DNA from: an uncultured Candidatus Entotheonella sp.
GTDB taxonomy: Bacteria; Tectomicrobia; Entotheonellia; Entotheonellales; Entotheonellaceae
NCBI GenBank assembly: GCA_965217185.1
Contig: OZ244252.1
Coordinates: 2,688,001-2,752,000 of the forward strand
Length of the DNA: 64,000 bases
Direction of reading: 5' to 3'
A program made the position numbers and the translations under genes. Shown here in pieces: positions 1 to 10,152 of this stretch. The notes under the pieces are model-generated. The model had not been told where the DNA came from, did no database searches, and was given only the letters and a program-made list of their open reading frames with translations. Position 1 is the first letter of the stretch, and each line of letters starts with the position of its first letter.

Positions 1-2
1 GA

Positions 3-2313
3 CGTCACGATCTCGAACGCTTCTTGGTACGCATCGTCTTCTGCCTATTCGCCGACGACACCGGCATCTTCGAGCCGCGCGATATTTTCTTCGACTTCAT
101 CGAGGACCGCACCCGCAACGATGGTTCCGACTTGGGACCGTTCCTATCACAACTCTTCCAGGTGCTGGACACATCGGAAAACAGCAGAGCCAGCACGTTG
201 GACGAAGACTTGGCCCGTTTTCCATACGTCAACGGTGACCTGTTCCGTGACCCCCTGCGGATTCCCTCGTTCACCGCAGTCATGCGCGGGTCGTTACTGG
301 ATGCCTGCCGGTTTGACTGGTCGAACATATCCCCGGCCATCTTCGGAGCGCTATTCCAGTCGGTTATGGACCCCAAGGAGCGCCGCGCTCAGGGCGCGCA
401 CTATACCACCGAAAAGAACATCCTGAAGGTCATCGAGCCGCTGTTCATGGACGACCTGCGCGCCGAGTTCGCTCGGCTGAGGGCTCGCAAGGACAGCCGC
501 CGCCTCTCCGAACTGCGGCGGTTCCAGGACAGGCTGGGCGCCATGCGGTTCTTCGATCCGGCCTGCGGTTGTGGTAATTTCCTCATCATCGCCTACCGCG
601 AATTGCGCCTGCTGGAAATCGAAGTGATCCGGGAGATTCGCGCCGCGACGGGCGCCGTCGGGCAGGATGAACTCGACGTGCGGGTGCTCTCGCAGGTGGA
701 TGTAGATCAGTTCTACGGCATCGAAATCAGCGAGTTCCCGGCCCGCATCGCGGAAACCGCGCTGTGGATGATGGACCACATCATGAACAACCGGCTGGGC
801 CTGGAGTTCGGCCAGACGTATGCGCGCATCCCGCTGCAAACGTCGCCCCACATTCTGCATGGCGACGCACTGGAAACCGACTGGACGGAACTGCTGCCAC
901 CGCAGGATTGCGCCTTCGTGTTCGGGAATCCGCCCTTCATTGGCCAGAGCTTCCAGTCCAAGGAACAGCGGGAACAGATGCGGAGGCTGACAAATCCACG
1001 TGGCAAGACTGGCTCGCCGTTGGATTACGTCGGTGGCTGGTTTCTGAAGGCCGCAACCTATGCGACCGGAGCGGCGCGTATCGGCTTTGTTGCGACCAAT
1101 TCCCTCACGCAGGGCGAGCAGGTCGCTTTGCTGTGGCCGCGCCTATTTGCGTCAGGTCTGGAGATAGCCTTTGCGCACCGAACCTTCGCCTGGGGATCGG
1201 ATGCGCGCGGCAAGGCACACGTGCACGTCGTGATCATTGGCCTCGACCGCCGGGGGGGCGAGCGCTTGGACAAACGCCTGTTCACATATCCCGACCTCAA
1301 TGGTGAGCCAGAGGAGAGCCGCCACGCGGCGCTCTCGTCCTATCTGTTCGATGCCGGTGGCCTTGCGGATCCGCACCTGATCGTAACGGATAGCTCCCGG
1401 TCCCTGTCGCCTCGTTCGGTCATGCAACGAGGGGTGCAACCAACTGACGGTGGGCACTTCATCTTCTCGGATCGGGAACGGCAGGATTTTCTGGACGAAG
1501 AGCCAAGCGCCGGGAATTTCTTTCGCCCGTTCATCGGAGCCCGCGAACACATCAACGGGCTGTCGCGATGGATACTCTTTCTGGAAGAGGCCGAGCCGGA
1601 GGAATTGCGTGCGATGCCGTTGAGCGTCGAGCGCATTCGTCGGGTACGCGCCATGCGGTTGGCGAGCCGAAAAGCCGCAACTGTCAGACTTGCCAGCACT
1701 CCCACCCGACTGGAGGGAAGATCGATCCCGACCGCGCCGTTTCTGGTCATCCCCAAGGTCAGCTCTGCGCGGCGGGAGTACGTGCCCACCGGCTGGCTGG
1801 AACCGCCGACGATTCCGAGCGATCTCGTATTCGTGGTGCAGAATGCCACTCTCGCGGATTTCGCGCTGCTGACGTCGGGCCATGCACATGGCGTGGCTGC
1901 GCCACGTCGGCGGGCGGCTGAAGAGCGATTACCGCTATTCCATCGGCCTCGTCTACAACGCATTCCCGATACCGCCGGAAAGAGCTGGCCTGTTGAAGCT
2001 GGAACCACTGGCGCAGACCGTGCTCGACGCCCGCACTGTCCATCCGGGCGCGACCCTGGCCGACCTCTACGACCCCGACCTCATGCCGCCCAACCTGCGC
2101 CGGGCGCACCAAGCCCTGGACCGAGCCGTGGACCGGCTCTACCGCCCAGGCGGCTTTGCCGCAGAGCGCCAGCGCGTCGAGCATTTGTTCATGCTTTACG
2201 AAAAGATGGGGGCACCGCTGGAAGCGGCGAGGAAGGCGAAATCCAAGGGGCGAAGAGCAGGACGCTCTCCGGCCGGACTAGCACGGGGACGGAATGCAGG
2301 GCCGCGAAAATAG
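3..2313 (+). CDS. MmeI/YeeA-like type IIL restriction-modification enzyme (N6-adenine DNA methyltransferase + target recognition domain), 5'-partial, frameshifted near 1878
   Basis: Motif I FFDPACGCGNFL, motif IV GNPPF, GAHYT, FAHRTFAW..HVHVVIIG; the C-terminal MmeI-type segment (MHMAWLRHVGGRLKSDYRYS...TLADLYDPDLMP) continues in the 1882..2313 frame; one extra G in tcgggccatg explains the shift. Confidence 0.9.
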
Positions 2314-2327
2314 GCCTTATCGGAAGT
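2300..2327 (-). other. Degenerate Xer-type recombination site (good XerC-like arm ACTTCCGATAA, 6-bp spacer GGCCTA, poor XerD arm)
   Basis: 2317-2327 TTATCGGAAGT matches 9/11 the arm of the site at 2914-2924 in the same orientation; part of the arm is tandemly duplicated (ATCGGAAGT). Confidence 0.4.
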
Positions 2328-2350
2328 ATCGGAAGTAGAGGAGGGTTGTC

Positions 2351-2842
2351 ATGCTTGACGTTCTCGGCTGGCTATGGGGGGCTATCATTTGGCCGGTCTG
2401 GCTAGTCTGGTTCGTGGTTACGTGGCTGGTTTTGCTGCTGTGGAACAATCTGCTAATTGTGGGGGTGGTGCTAGGGTTCGTCGCTACGCTCATCGGCGGC
2501 GTGTTTTTGATGCGGTGGAACGACCAACCCGAGATCGAAAACCTCAGAGATCACAACCGCAGCCTGCGCGAACGGCTGATAGAGTTGGAGGAAAGCGAAA
2601 GCAGGGCGGTTGAAAAAGCAAAGCGTCTCGAACAAGAGTTGAAACGGACGGACGACGACATACGCAAGGACAACCGGCGTTTGCGGACAGTCATCCAGGA
2701 CGGAGAGGCGAGAATCAGGCAGATCAGGAAGGACGCGGAGACGAGAATCAGGCATCTCCAGCATGAAAACCGCCTCTCGCAGGCTACCATCGAGAACTTG
2801 AAGTCACAGATAGGTCTTCTCAGGTCGCGCTGGCGCGGCTAG
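2351..2842 (+). CDS. Hypothetical membrane-anchored coiled-coil protein
   Basis: RBS GAGGAG; Trp-rich hydrophobic N-terminus, then charged coiled coil with an imperfect 11-aa repeat (DGEARIRQIRK/DAETRIRHLQH). Confidence 0.75.
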   Translation: MLDVLGWLWGAIIWPVWLVWFVVTWLVLLLWNNLLIVGVVLGFVATLIGGVFLMRWNDQPEIENLRDHNRSLRERLIELEESESRAVEKAKRLEQELKRTDDDIRKDNRRLRTVIQDGEARIRQIRKDAETRIRHLQHENRLSQATIENLKSQIGLLRSRWRG

Positions 2843-2895
2843 CAAGTAATTTCAGCCCTCCCTCCAAGCAGACCTTGACCCGAACTTGGCCCAGA

Positions 2896-2924
2896 GGTTT
2901 ACATAACACGGGGTTATACGAAGT
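2896..2924 (-). other. dif-like XerC/XerD recombination site
   Basis: Minus strand ACTTCGTATAA-CCCCGTG-TTATGTAAACC: XerC-type arm and XerD-type arm around a 7-bp central region. Confidence 0.75.
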
Positions 2925-3007
2925 TGCCGGCAGCCCCTGGTCGTCCTGGCGTCGGGCAAAACGGACCCCTGTCAATCGCAATCCAACGGAAGGAATATGA
3001 CCCAGCC

Positions 3008-4459
3008 ATGAACGCCCATCACGTGCCCCTGGAACGCATCGACACCCACCGCTGGCGCATCCCGCGTCACGGCGGCATGAACGTGGACGGCCTGGTATTC
3101 GCCAGCGACGCCATGATGCAGACGATTCGCGGCGACCAGAGCCTGCAGCAGGTGGTCAACGTGGCGCACCTGCCGGGCATCGTCGGGCACTCCATCGCCA
3201 TGCCGGATATCCACTGGGGCTACGGGTTTCCCATCGGCGGGGTGGCCGCGTTCGACGCCCGCGACGGCGTTATTTCGCCCGGCGGCATCGGCTACGACAT
3301 CAATTGCGGCGTGCGGCTGCTGGGCTCAGGTCTGAGCCGACACGACGTGCAGGGCCGCATGCGCGAGGTGGCCGAGGGCCTGTTCCGCAATATCCCTTCC
3401 GGCGTCGGGGCGCGCCAGCAAACGGTGCGGCTGTCGCACGCCGATTTGCAGGGCGTGCTCAAGCGCGGCGCCGGCTGGGCGGTGTCGCAGGGTTACGGCA
3501 CGCCGCGCGATCTGGAGCACACCGAGGAGAACGGCTGCCTGACGGGCGCCGAGCCGCAATACGTCAGCCAACGCGCCCTGGAACGCGGGCGTCCGCAACT
3601 CGGCAGCATCGGTTCCGGCAACCATTTCGTGGAAGTCGATTACGTCGCCGAGGTCTACGACGATGAGGTAGCCCGCGCCCTGGGGTTGTTCAAGGACCAA
3701 CTCGCCATCACCATCCACACCGGCTCGCGCGGGCTGGGCTATCAGGTGTGCGACGACTCCATCAAGACCATGCAGCGCGTCACGCAGCAATACGGCATCA
3801 CCATTCCGGACCGGCAGTTGTGCTGCGCCCCCCTGAGCTCCCCGCCGGCGCGCGAATACATCGGCGCCATGTACAGCGCCGCCAACTTTGCCTTCGCCAA
3901 CCGGCAACTCATCACCCACACGGTGCGCGAGACCTTTGCCGAGGTGCTGCAACGCTCGGCGCAGGACCTGCGGATCGAGGTGATCTACGACGTGTGCCAC
4001 AACATCGGCAAGTTCGAGACGCACACTGTTGACGGGCAGGCGCGCCGCTTGTGCGTGCATCGCAAAGGCGCCACCCGCGCCCTGGCGCCTGGGCATCCAC
4101 AGTTGCCGTCGGTGTATCGTGACCTGGGCCAGCCGGTGCTCATCCCGGGCGACATGGGCCGGTATTCTTACGTGCTGATCGGCACTCGGCAGGGCGGTGA
4201 GGAGACGTTCGCCAGCAGTTGCCACGGCGCCGGCCGCCTCATGAGCCGCACGCAAGCCAAGAAAAGCGCGCGCGGCCGGCCCATCGTGCAGGAACTGGAA
4301 GACCAGGGCATTTACGTGCGCTCCGCCGGACGCGCCACCCTGATGGAGGAAATCCCGGAAGCCTACAAGGACGTTCGGGACGTGGTGGACATCGTGCACG
4401 GCGCCGGCATCAGCCGGAAAGTCGTGCAGTTGCGGCCTCTCGGCGTGATCAAGGGATAA
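3008..4459 (+). CDS. rtcB: RNA ligase RtcB
   Basis: AMPDIHWGYGFPIGGV, GYDINCGVR, GSGNHF, HTGSRG, HRKGAT, SCHGAGR, EEIPEAYKD motifs. Confidence 0.97.
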   Translation: MNAHHVPLERIDTHRWRIPRHGGMNVDGLVFASDAMMQTIRGDQSLQQVVNVAHLPGIVGHSIAMPDIHWGYGFPIGGVAAFDARDGVISPGGIGYDINCGVRLLGSGLSRHDVQGRMREVAEGLFRNIPSGVGARQQTVRLSHADLQGVLKRGAGWAVSQGYGTPRDLEHTEENGCLTGAEPQYVSQRALERGRPQLGSIGSGNHFVEVDYVAEVYDDEVARALGLFKDQLAITIHTGSRGLGYQVCDDSIKTMQRVTQQYGITIPDRQLCCAPLSSPPAREYIGAMYSAANFAFANRQLITHTVRETFAEVLQRSAQDLRIEVIYDVCHNIGKFETHTVDGQARRLCVHRKGATRALAPGHPQLPSVYRDLGQPVLIPGDMGRYSYVLIGTRQGGEETFASSCHGAGRLMSRTQAKKSARGRPIVQELEDQGIYVRSAGRATLMEEIPEAYKDVRDVVDIVHGAGISRKVVQLRPLGVIKG

Positions 4460-4464
4460 CGGGC

Positions 4465-4896
4465 GTGCACGACGCCGGCAAGACCATTTACCAACCGATC
4501 GACCACACCGGCGACCTTGGCATGCTGGTGTTCGGCGCCGACCTGCACGAGCTATTCGCCCACGCCGCCTGGGGCCTGTTCGACCTGATGACCGACGCCG
4601 AGCGCATTGAGCCGCGCATCCGTCGGGACCTGACCGTCGAGGCCATGGACCTGGAAGACCTCATGGTGCGCTGGCTCGGCGAGTTGCTCTACGCTTATGA
4701 CACCGACCGTTTTCTGACCGTGAACGCCGTCTTTCACGTCTTGGAGCCGACTCGCCTGCACGCCACCGTACGCGGCGAACCGTTCGACGCCGTGCGCCAT
4801 CCCATCGACACCGAAATCAAAGCCGTCACCTACCACCAGATCGCCGTCGAGCGCCTCGACGCCGGCTGGCAGGCACGGGTCATTTTCGACATCTGA
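4465..4896 (+). CDS. Archease (RtcB activator)
   Basis: GTG start 5 nt after rtcB stop; DHTGD and EIKAVTYH motifs, C-terminal VIFDI. Confidence 0.95.
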   Translation: MHDAGKTIYQPIDHTGDLGMLVFGADLHELFAHAAWGLFDLMTDAERIEPRIRRDLTVEAMDLEDLMVRWLGELLYAYDTDRFLTVNAVFHVLEPTRLHATVRGEPFDAVRHPIDTEIKAVTYHQIAVERLDAGWQARVIFDI

Positions 4897-5047
4897 TCTG
4901 TCATGCCGGCGGCTCGCTTCAGCCCCGCGGGGTTGACTTATGGCCCCATCTCATCAAGAATGGCTATTTCCCCGAACAGTTTCGTGCTTTGAAAATTGGC
5001 GTGGAGACACGCATATCGGGTTGAAGAAGAGGGCAAAGGAGCAAGCG

Positions 5048-6052
5048 ATGAACCGTTCAGGAATAAGATTTGGAATTATGGTGGCCATCGTGGTGACCGC
5101 ACTGGTTGCTGCCTCCGGTATGGCAATGGCCGCTTGCGGCAAGGTGACTATCGGCGAGATGAACTGGAGTTCGGCGAGCGTGATTGCCAATGTTGAAAAG
5201 TTCATCCTGGAGACGGGTTACGGCTGCGAGGTCGAATTGGTGCAGACCGCCACGGTGCCGGCCATGACCTCGATGGTCGAGAAGGGCGAGCCCGACATCG
5301 CTTCGGAGATCTGGATCAATTCCGTCAGGGAAAGTTTTGACAACGGTGTTGCCGAGGGCCGCATCGTGTCCGCCGGCAACGTGCTGTCGGATGGCGGCGT
5401 CGAGGCGTGGTGGATTCCCAAGTACCTTGCCGAGGCGCACCCCGATATTCGCACCGTGCAGCAGCTGATGGACAACGCGCAGTTGTTCCAGGACCCGGAG
5501 GACTCGTCCAAGGGGCGCTTCTACAACTGTCCTTCCGGCTGGGCCTGCAAGATCATCAACACCAACCTCTTCCGCGCCTACGGCCTGGGCGAGAGCTTCA
5601 ACAACTTTGACCCGGGCTCGGCCGAAGGGCTGTCCGGCGCCATTGCCAAGGCTTACGAGCGGCAGGAACCGTGGGTTGGCTACTACTGGGCGCCGACCGC
5701 CATCCTGGGCAAGTATCCCATGGTGATGATCGAGCTGGCCGATTTCGACGCCGAGGGACATACGTGCAACACCAGGGAGAATTGCGATGCACCGCACGCC
5801 GGGCGCTACCCCCCGTCCGCTGTTCTGGCATTGACCACGAAGGCGTTCGCGGACAGCCATCCCGACGAGTTGGCCTTCCTCGGTAACATCTCTTTTCCCA
5901 ACGCCGTGATGAACGCCGTGCTGGCGTGGGGCGAGGACAACCAGGCCGAGGGCAACGAAATGGCCGGTTATTTCATCGTGAAGCAGGAGGAATTGTGGTC
6001 TTCATGGCTGCCGGCGGACGTGGCGGCCAAGGTGAAAGCGGCCCTGCAATAA
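5048..6052 (+). CDS. Glycine betaine/proline betaine-type ABC transporter substrate-binding protein
   Basis: Signal peptide; EMNWSSA, CPSGWAC, YYWAPT motifs of the ProX/OpuAC family. Confidence 0.9.
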   Translation: MNRSGIRFGIMVAIVVTALVAASGMAMAACGKVTIGEMNWSSASVIANVEKFILETGYGCEVELVQTATVPAMTSMVEKGEPDIASEIWINSVRESFDNGVAEGRIVSAGNVLSDGGVEAWWIPKYLAEAHPDIRTVQQLMDNAQLFQDPEDSSKGRFYNCPSGWACKIINTNLFRAYGLGESFNNFDPGSAEGLSGAIAKAYERQEPWVGYYWAPTAILGKYPMVMIELADFDAEGHTCNTRENCDAPHAGRYPPSAVLALTTKAFADSHPDELAFLGNISFPNAVMNAVLAWGEDNQAEGNEMAGYFIVKQEELWSSWLPADVAAKVKAALQ

Positions 6053-6060
6053 GCGAAAAC

Positions 6061-6089
6061 CGGGCGGCGCACAGCGCGTGCGCCGCCCG
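6061..6089 (+). terminator. Intercistronic GC-rich hairpin after the SBP gene (terminator or mRNA-stabilising stem)
   Basis: Perfect 12-bp stem CGGGCGGCGCAC-AGCGC-GTGCGCCGCCCG; no U-tract. Confidence 0.55.
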
Positions 6090-6139
6090 CGGGCACGCCA
6101 ATCCCCGGCATCGTCGCCGGTTTGCGGAGGCCAGAAATC

Positions 6140-7132
6140 ATGCCGTGGATGGAAAACATCGTCGCCATGCTTGGAATGCACGCCGCCTGCAACCCGGAGG
6201 ACGGCGGCAGCGAACAACTCTTCGCGCTCAACCGCGAGGCGCCGAACTTCCCGTCCCTGGATCAATTCAGCGCCGCCTGTCCCGCCTTGCCGCGCATCCG
6301 TGACCTGCAAAAGGCCATCGACACCGGCTACAAGAACTTCACCCGCTCGTGGGGCGACCTCATCGAGTCGTTTTTCAACCCCTTCCTCGATTTCCTCATC
6401 TGGACCGAAAACCTGCTGGTCAGCACGCCGTGGTGGCTGACCCTCGTCGTCATCACCGCCATCGTCTACGTGATGACCCGGCAGCGGCTGCATACCGCGG
6501 CGGTCCTCGTGGTGCTGGCCGTCATCGGCTTTTTCGGCATGTGGGACGACGCCATGCGGACGCTGTCGTTCATCCTCGTCTGCACCCTCATCTGTATCCT
6601 TTTCGGCATCCCTGTCGGCGTGCTGATGGCACGCCACAGCCGCATGCGCAACACCGTCACCCCCGCCCTGGACGTCATGCAGACGATGCCGAGCTTCGTG
6701 TACCTGATTCCGGTGGTCATGCTGTTCGGGGTCGGCAAGGTGCCGGGCGCCATTGCGGTGATTGCCTACGCCATCCCACCGGTCATTCGTCTCACCGACC
6801 TGGGCATCCGCCTAGTGGACCGGGAAGTCCTGGAGGCGAGCGAGGCGTTCGGCGCCAGCAACTGGCAGAAGCTGCTAGACGTTCAGATACCGCTGGCGCT
6901 GCCGAACATCCTGGCCGGGGTCAACCAGACGATCATGATGGCGCTCGCCATGGTCGTCATTGCGTCCATGGTTTCGGTGCGCGGCCTGGGGATCGAGGTG
7001 CTGGAGGCGGTGACCAATCAGTATCTCGCCAAGGGCCTGTTCAACGGTCTGGCCGTGGTGGCGTTCGCGATCATGTTCGACCGCGTGACGCGGCAGACGA
7101 TTTTGCAGAGCCAGAAGTACGTACAGGAGTAA
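6140..7132 (+). CDS. Betaine-type ABC transporter permease (ProW-like)
   Basis: LDVMQTMPSFVYLIP, EAS-EAFGA EAA loop, GVNQTIMMAL. Confidence 0.93.
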   Translation: MPWMENIVAMLGMHAACNPEDGGSEQLFALNREAPNFPSLDQFSAACPALPRIRDLQKAIDTGYKNFTRSWGDLIESFFNPFLDFLIWTENLLVSTPWWLTLVVITAIVYVMTRQRLHTAAVLVVLAVIGFFGMWDDAMRTLSFILVCTLICILFGIPVGVLMARHSRMRNTVTPALDVMQTMPSFVYLIPVVMLFGVGKVPGAIAVIAYAIPPVIRLTDLGIRLVDREVLEASEAFGASNWQKLLDVQIPLALPNILAGVNQTIMMALAMVVIASMVSVRGLGIEVLEAVTNQYLAKGLFNGLAVVAFAIMFDRVTRQTILQSQKYVQE

Positions 7133-7139
7133 AGACGGC

Positions 7140-8168
7140 ATGCCGGAAGCCAAGATCGTTGTTGAGCACCTATACAAGATTTTCGGGCCGGCGCCTGCCG
7201 AGGCGCTGGCGCGCGTCAAAGCGGGCATCAGCAAGCAGAGCCTGCTTACCGAGCACGGGCACGTTGTCGGCCTGGTGGACATCAACCTTAACATTGCGGG
7301 GCAGGAAATCTTCGTCGTCATGGGCCTGTCCGGCTCCGGCAAGTCGACGCTCATCCGCCATTTCAACCGCCTGATCGAACCAACCGAGGGCGCCATCAGC
7401 ATCGACGGGCAAGACGTGCTGCGGCTGTCGCGCCGCGACCTGGAGGCGTTCCGGCGCGAGAGGATGAGCATGGTTTTCCAGCGCTTCGGGCTGCTGCCGC
7501 ACCGCACCGTGCTGCAAAACGTCGGGTACGGTTTGGCGGTACGGAACCTCAGCAGGGCGGACGTCCACCACAAGGCCATGGAATGGATCGAGCAGGTGGG
7601 TCTGGAGGGGTTCGAGGATCACTACCCGGGACAACTCTCCGGCGGCATGCAGCAGCGGGTGGGCTTGGCGCGCGCCCTGGCCACCAATGCCGAAATCCTC
7701 CTCATGGACGAGGCTTTCAGCGCGCTCGACCCGCTCATCCGCTCCAGCATGCAGGACCTGTTGCTGGGACTCCAGACGAAGCTGAACAAGACCATCGTGT
7801 TCATCACGCACGACCTCGACGAGGCTCTCAAACTGGGCGACACCATCGCCATTCTCAACGACGGCATGGTGGTGCAGGCGGGCGACCCGCAGGAAATCGT
7901 CATGCACCCGGCCGACGAATACATCGAGAATTTCGTGCAGGACATCAACCGCGCGCGGGTGATCCGGGCGCGCTCAGTCATGGAGCCCGTTGCGGCAGCC
8001 AACGGCGCCGACCTGCAGGCCGAGGTGACAGCAAACGACACTCTGGAAACCGTGCTCGCCGCCATGCAGGGCAATCCCGACGGCTGCGTCGGCGTGACGC
8101 AGGACGGCCTGACGGTGGGCACCATCACGGCCCGCAGAATGTTGGAAGTGCTGCCGCCACAGCGGTGA
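7140..8168 (+). CDS. Betaine-type ABC transporter ATP-binding protein (ProV-like)
   Basis: GLSGSGKST, LSGGMQQRV, LLMDEAFSALDPLIR. Confidence 0.95.
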   Translation: MPEAKIVVEHLYKIFGPAPAEALARVKAGISKQSLLTEHGHVVGLVDINLNIAGQEIFVVMGLSGSGKSTLIRHFNRLIEPTEGAISIDGQDVLRLSRRDLEAFRRERMSMVFQRFGLLPHRTVLQNVGYGLAVRNLSRADVHHKAMEWIEQVGLEGFEDHYPGQLSGGMQQRVGLARALATNAEILLMDEAFSALDPLIRSSMQDLLLGLQTKLNKTIVFITHDLDEALKLGDTIAILNDGMVVQAGDPQEIVMHPADEYIENFVQDINRARVIRARSVMEPVAAANGADLQAEVTANDTLETVLAAMQGNPDGCVGVTQDGLTVGTITARRMLEVLPPQR

Positions 8169-8243
8169 TCCGACGGCGTGGCGCCAATCTCGTTAACGGG
8201 GGACGGCCGCGCTCGCTATTCTTCCTTGATGAGGACACATCGC

Positions 8244-9116
8244 ATGATCAGCCGCCAACTATTCGGCCATACCGGACACCTCAGCAGCCGCGTGATTTTC
8301 GGCGCCGCCGCCTTCAGCCGCGTCAACCAAGACGAAGCCGACCGCACGCTGGAGGTGCTGCTGGAGCACGGCGTCAACCACATCGACACCGCCGCGCGCT
8401 ACGGCGATTCTGAACTGCGCATCGGCAAGTGGATGGCGTGGCACCGGCAGGATTTCTTTCTGGCCACCAAGACGAGGGAACGCAGTTACCAGGCGGCGTG
8501 GGACGACCTGCGGCGCTCCCTGGACCGGCTGCGGGTGGATGCCGTGGACCTGTGGCAGTTTCACAATCTTGTCGACCCGCAGGAATGGGAGATCGCCATG
8601 GGGCCGGACGGTGCGCTCGCCGCCGCCGTCGAGGCCAGGGAGCAGGGCCTGATCCGCTTTATCGGCGTCACCGGCCACGGTCTGCCGATCCCGTCCATGC
8701 ATCTGCGCAGCCTGGAACGCTTTGCCTTCGATTCGGTGCTGCTGCCGTACAACGTCACCATGATGCAGACCCCGCAGTACGCCGCTGACGTGACGGCGCT
8801 GTTGAAGGTATGCGCCGACAGGGGGGTTGCGGTGCAGACGATCAAGTCCCTGGCAGTTGGGCCTTGGGATGGGACGCCGACGCACAGCACCTGGTACGAG
8901 CCGCTGGAAGAACAGGCGGACGTCGACGCCGCGGTGCATTGGGTGCTCGGCTGCCCCAACGTGTTTCTTAACACCGCGGGCGACGTTCATCTCTTGCCGC
9001 GAGTGCTGGAGGCAGCCGGGCGCTTTGAGCGCCGGCCGTCCGAGGAGGAGATGCAGGCCGCGGTGGACCGCTGCGGCATGGTGGCCCTGTTTACCGAGGA
9101 GCGCAGCGGGCCGTAA
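8244..9116 (+). CDS. Aldo/keto reductase
   Basis: [30 protein letters not shown]. Confidence 0.92.
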   Translation: MISRQLFGHTGHLSSRVIFGAAAFSRVNQDEADRTLEVLLEHGVNHIDTAARYGDSELRIGKWMAWHRQDFFLATKTRERSYQAAWDDLRRSLDRLRVDAVDLWQFHNLVDPQEWEIAMGPDGALAAAVEAREQGLIRFIGVTGHGLPIPSMHLRSLERFAFDSVLLPYNVTMMQTPQYAADVTALLKVCADRGVAVQTIKSLAVGPWDGTPTHSTWYEPLEEQADVDAAVHWVLGCPNVFLNTAGDVHLLPRVLEAAGRFERRPSEEEMQAAVDRCGMVALFTEERSGP

Positions 9117-9139
9117 CACCGCGGTGTTGTCTGGAAGGA

Positions 9140-10141
9140 CTACACCAGTGGAAACACCGAGTCGCCGAGGGTGCGGATGAGGGCTTGGCGTGCTTCCACA
9201 AAACCGGTGAACAGGATGTTCGGTATCCCCGCCTCGCCGACCCGCCGAATCTGCGCGGCGCATTCCTGCGGGGTTCCGAGGACGGCGAAGCGCTGCACCA
9301 TGTATTCCAGGAACTCCGGGTCGGCGATCAGTTGGGCGTTCGGCGATTCCCCGTGCGCCTCGTGCTGGTGCGGCTGGTAGCCTTGCTGGACGCGCCGGAC
9401 GGCGTCGTGAAACGCCGGCGGCACCTGCTTTCCCGACAGCGTGAAGCGAAACGCGTGGTGCGCCGTCGAGGCCAGTTCCATGCGGATTTGGCGGATGAGG
9501 GCGTCGCGGTCCCGGCCGACGTTGACGCGTGCCATGGCCCAGATGTCGAGATCCTGCAAGGTGCGTCCGGCCCGCTCGGCGCCGCGCCGCAGATGCTCCA
9601 GGCATAGGACCACGTTCTCCGGTTCCAGACCCAACCCGCAAATGACCCCGTCCGCCACCTCGCCCGCCAGTTCCAGCGTTTTCGGTCCCTCCGCCGCGAT
9701 GTACACCGGTACCGGGTGGGGCACCCATTGGGTGTGAATGTCCCGACCCTGCCACGCCGCGTGGTCGCCGCGCAGCAGCTTCTGCATGGTCTCAATGGTG
9801 GCCCGCATCCCCGCCAGATTGAACGGCTTTTCGCCCAGGTTCAGAATGGCGCTGTCGCCTGATCCCATACCGTAGAGGCAGCGTCCGTCGCCGATCTCGT
9901 TCAAGGTGGCAATTGCGCTTGCCGCCACCGCCGGATGGCGCGTAATCGGGTTCGTCACCGTTGGCCCCACCCGCACCCGCGACGTTTGGCTCAGAATCAT
10001 CGCGGCGGTCACGTACACCTCTCGGAACACCGACTGAGAATCCGCCACCCCGACCAGATCAAACCCTGCCGCCTCCGCCGCTTGCGCATTTGCCACCGCG
10101 CCGGCCACGCTGCGAGGTATTTCAATGATGCCGAATTTCAT
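9140..10141 (-). CDS. LLM-class flavin/F420-dependent oxidoreductase
   Basis: AEAAGFD, GPTVTNPITRHP, GMGSGD, AAEGPKTLELAGEVADG. Confidence 0.9.
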   Translation of the reverse strand: MKFGIIEIPRSVAGAVANAQAAEAAGFDLVGVADSQSVFREVYVTAAMILSQTSRVRVGPTVTNPITRHPAVAASAIATLNEIGDGRCLYGMGSGDSAILNLGEKPFNLAGMRATIETMQKLLRGDHAAWQGRDIHTQWVPHPVPVYIAAEGPKTLELAGEVADGVICGLGLEPENVVLCLEHLRRGAERAGRTLQDLDIWAMARVNVGRDRDALIRQIRMELASTAHHAFRFTLSGKQVPPAFHDAVRRVQQGYQPHQHEAHGESPNAQLIADPEFLEYMVQRFAVLGTPQECAAQIRRVGEAGIPNILFTGFVEARQALIRTLGDSVFPLV

Positions 10142-10152
10142 TGGAATTGTTC

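Noticed and set aside
1882..2405. Programmed frameshift or alternative C-terminus of the MmeI-like enzyme
   Set aside because: No slippery heptamer; a single extra G explains it and the 793-aa tail is non-protein-like.
2914..2925. loxP half-site (TATACGAAGTT) suggesting vector contamination
   Set aside because: Only one partial arm; the partner arm is XerD-like and no vector sequence surrounds it.
4897..5047. Riboswitch upstream of the betaine-type transporter
   Set aside because: No recognisable aptamer consensus or terminator.
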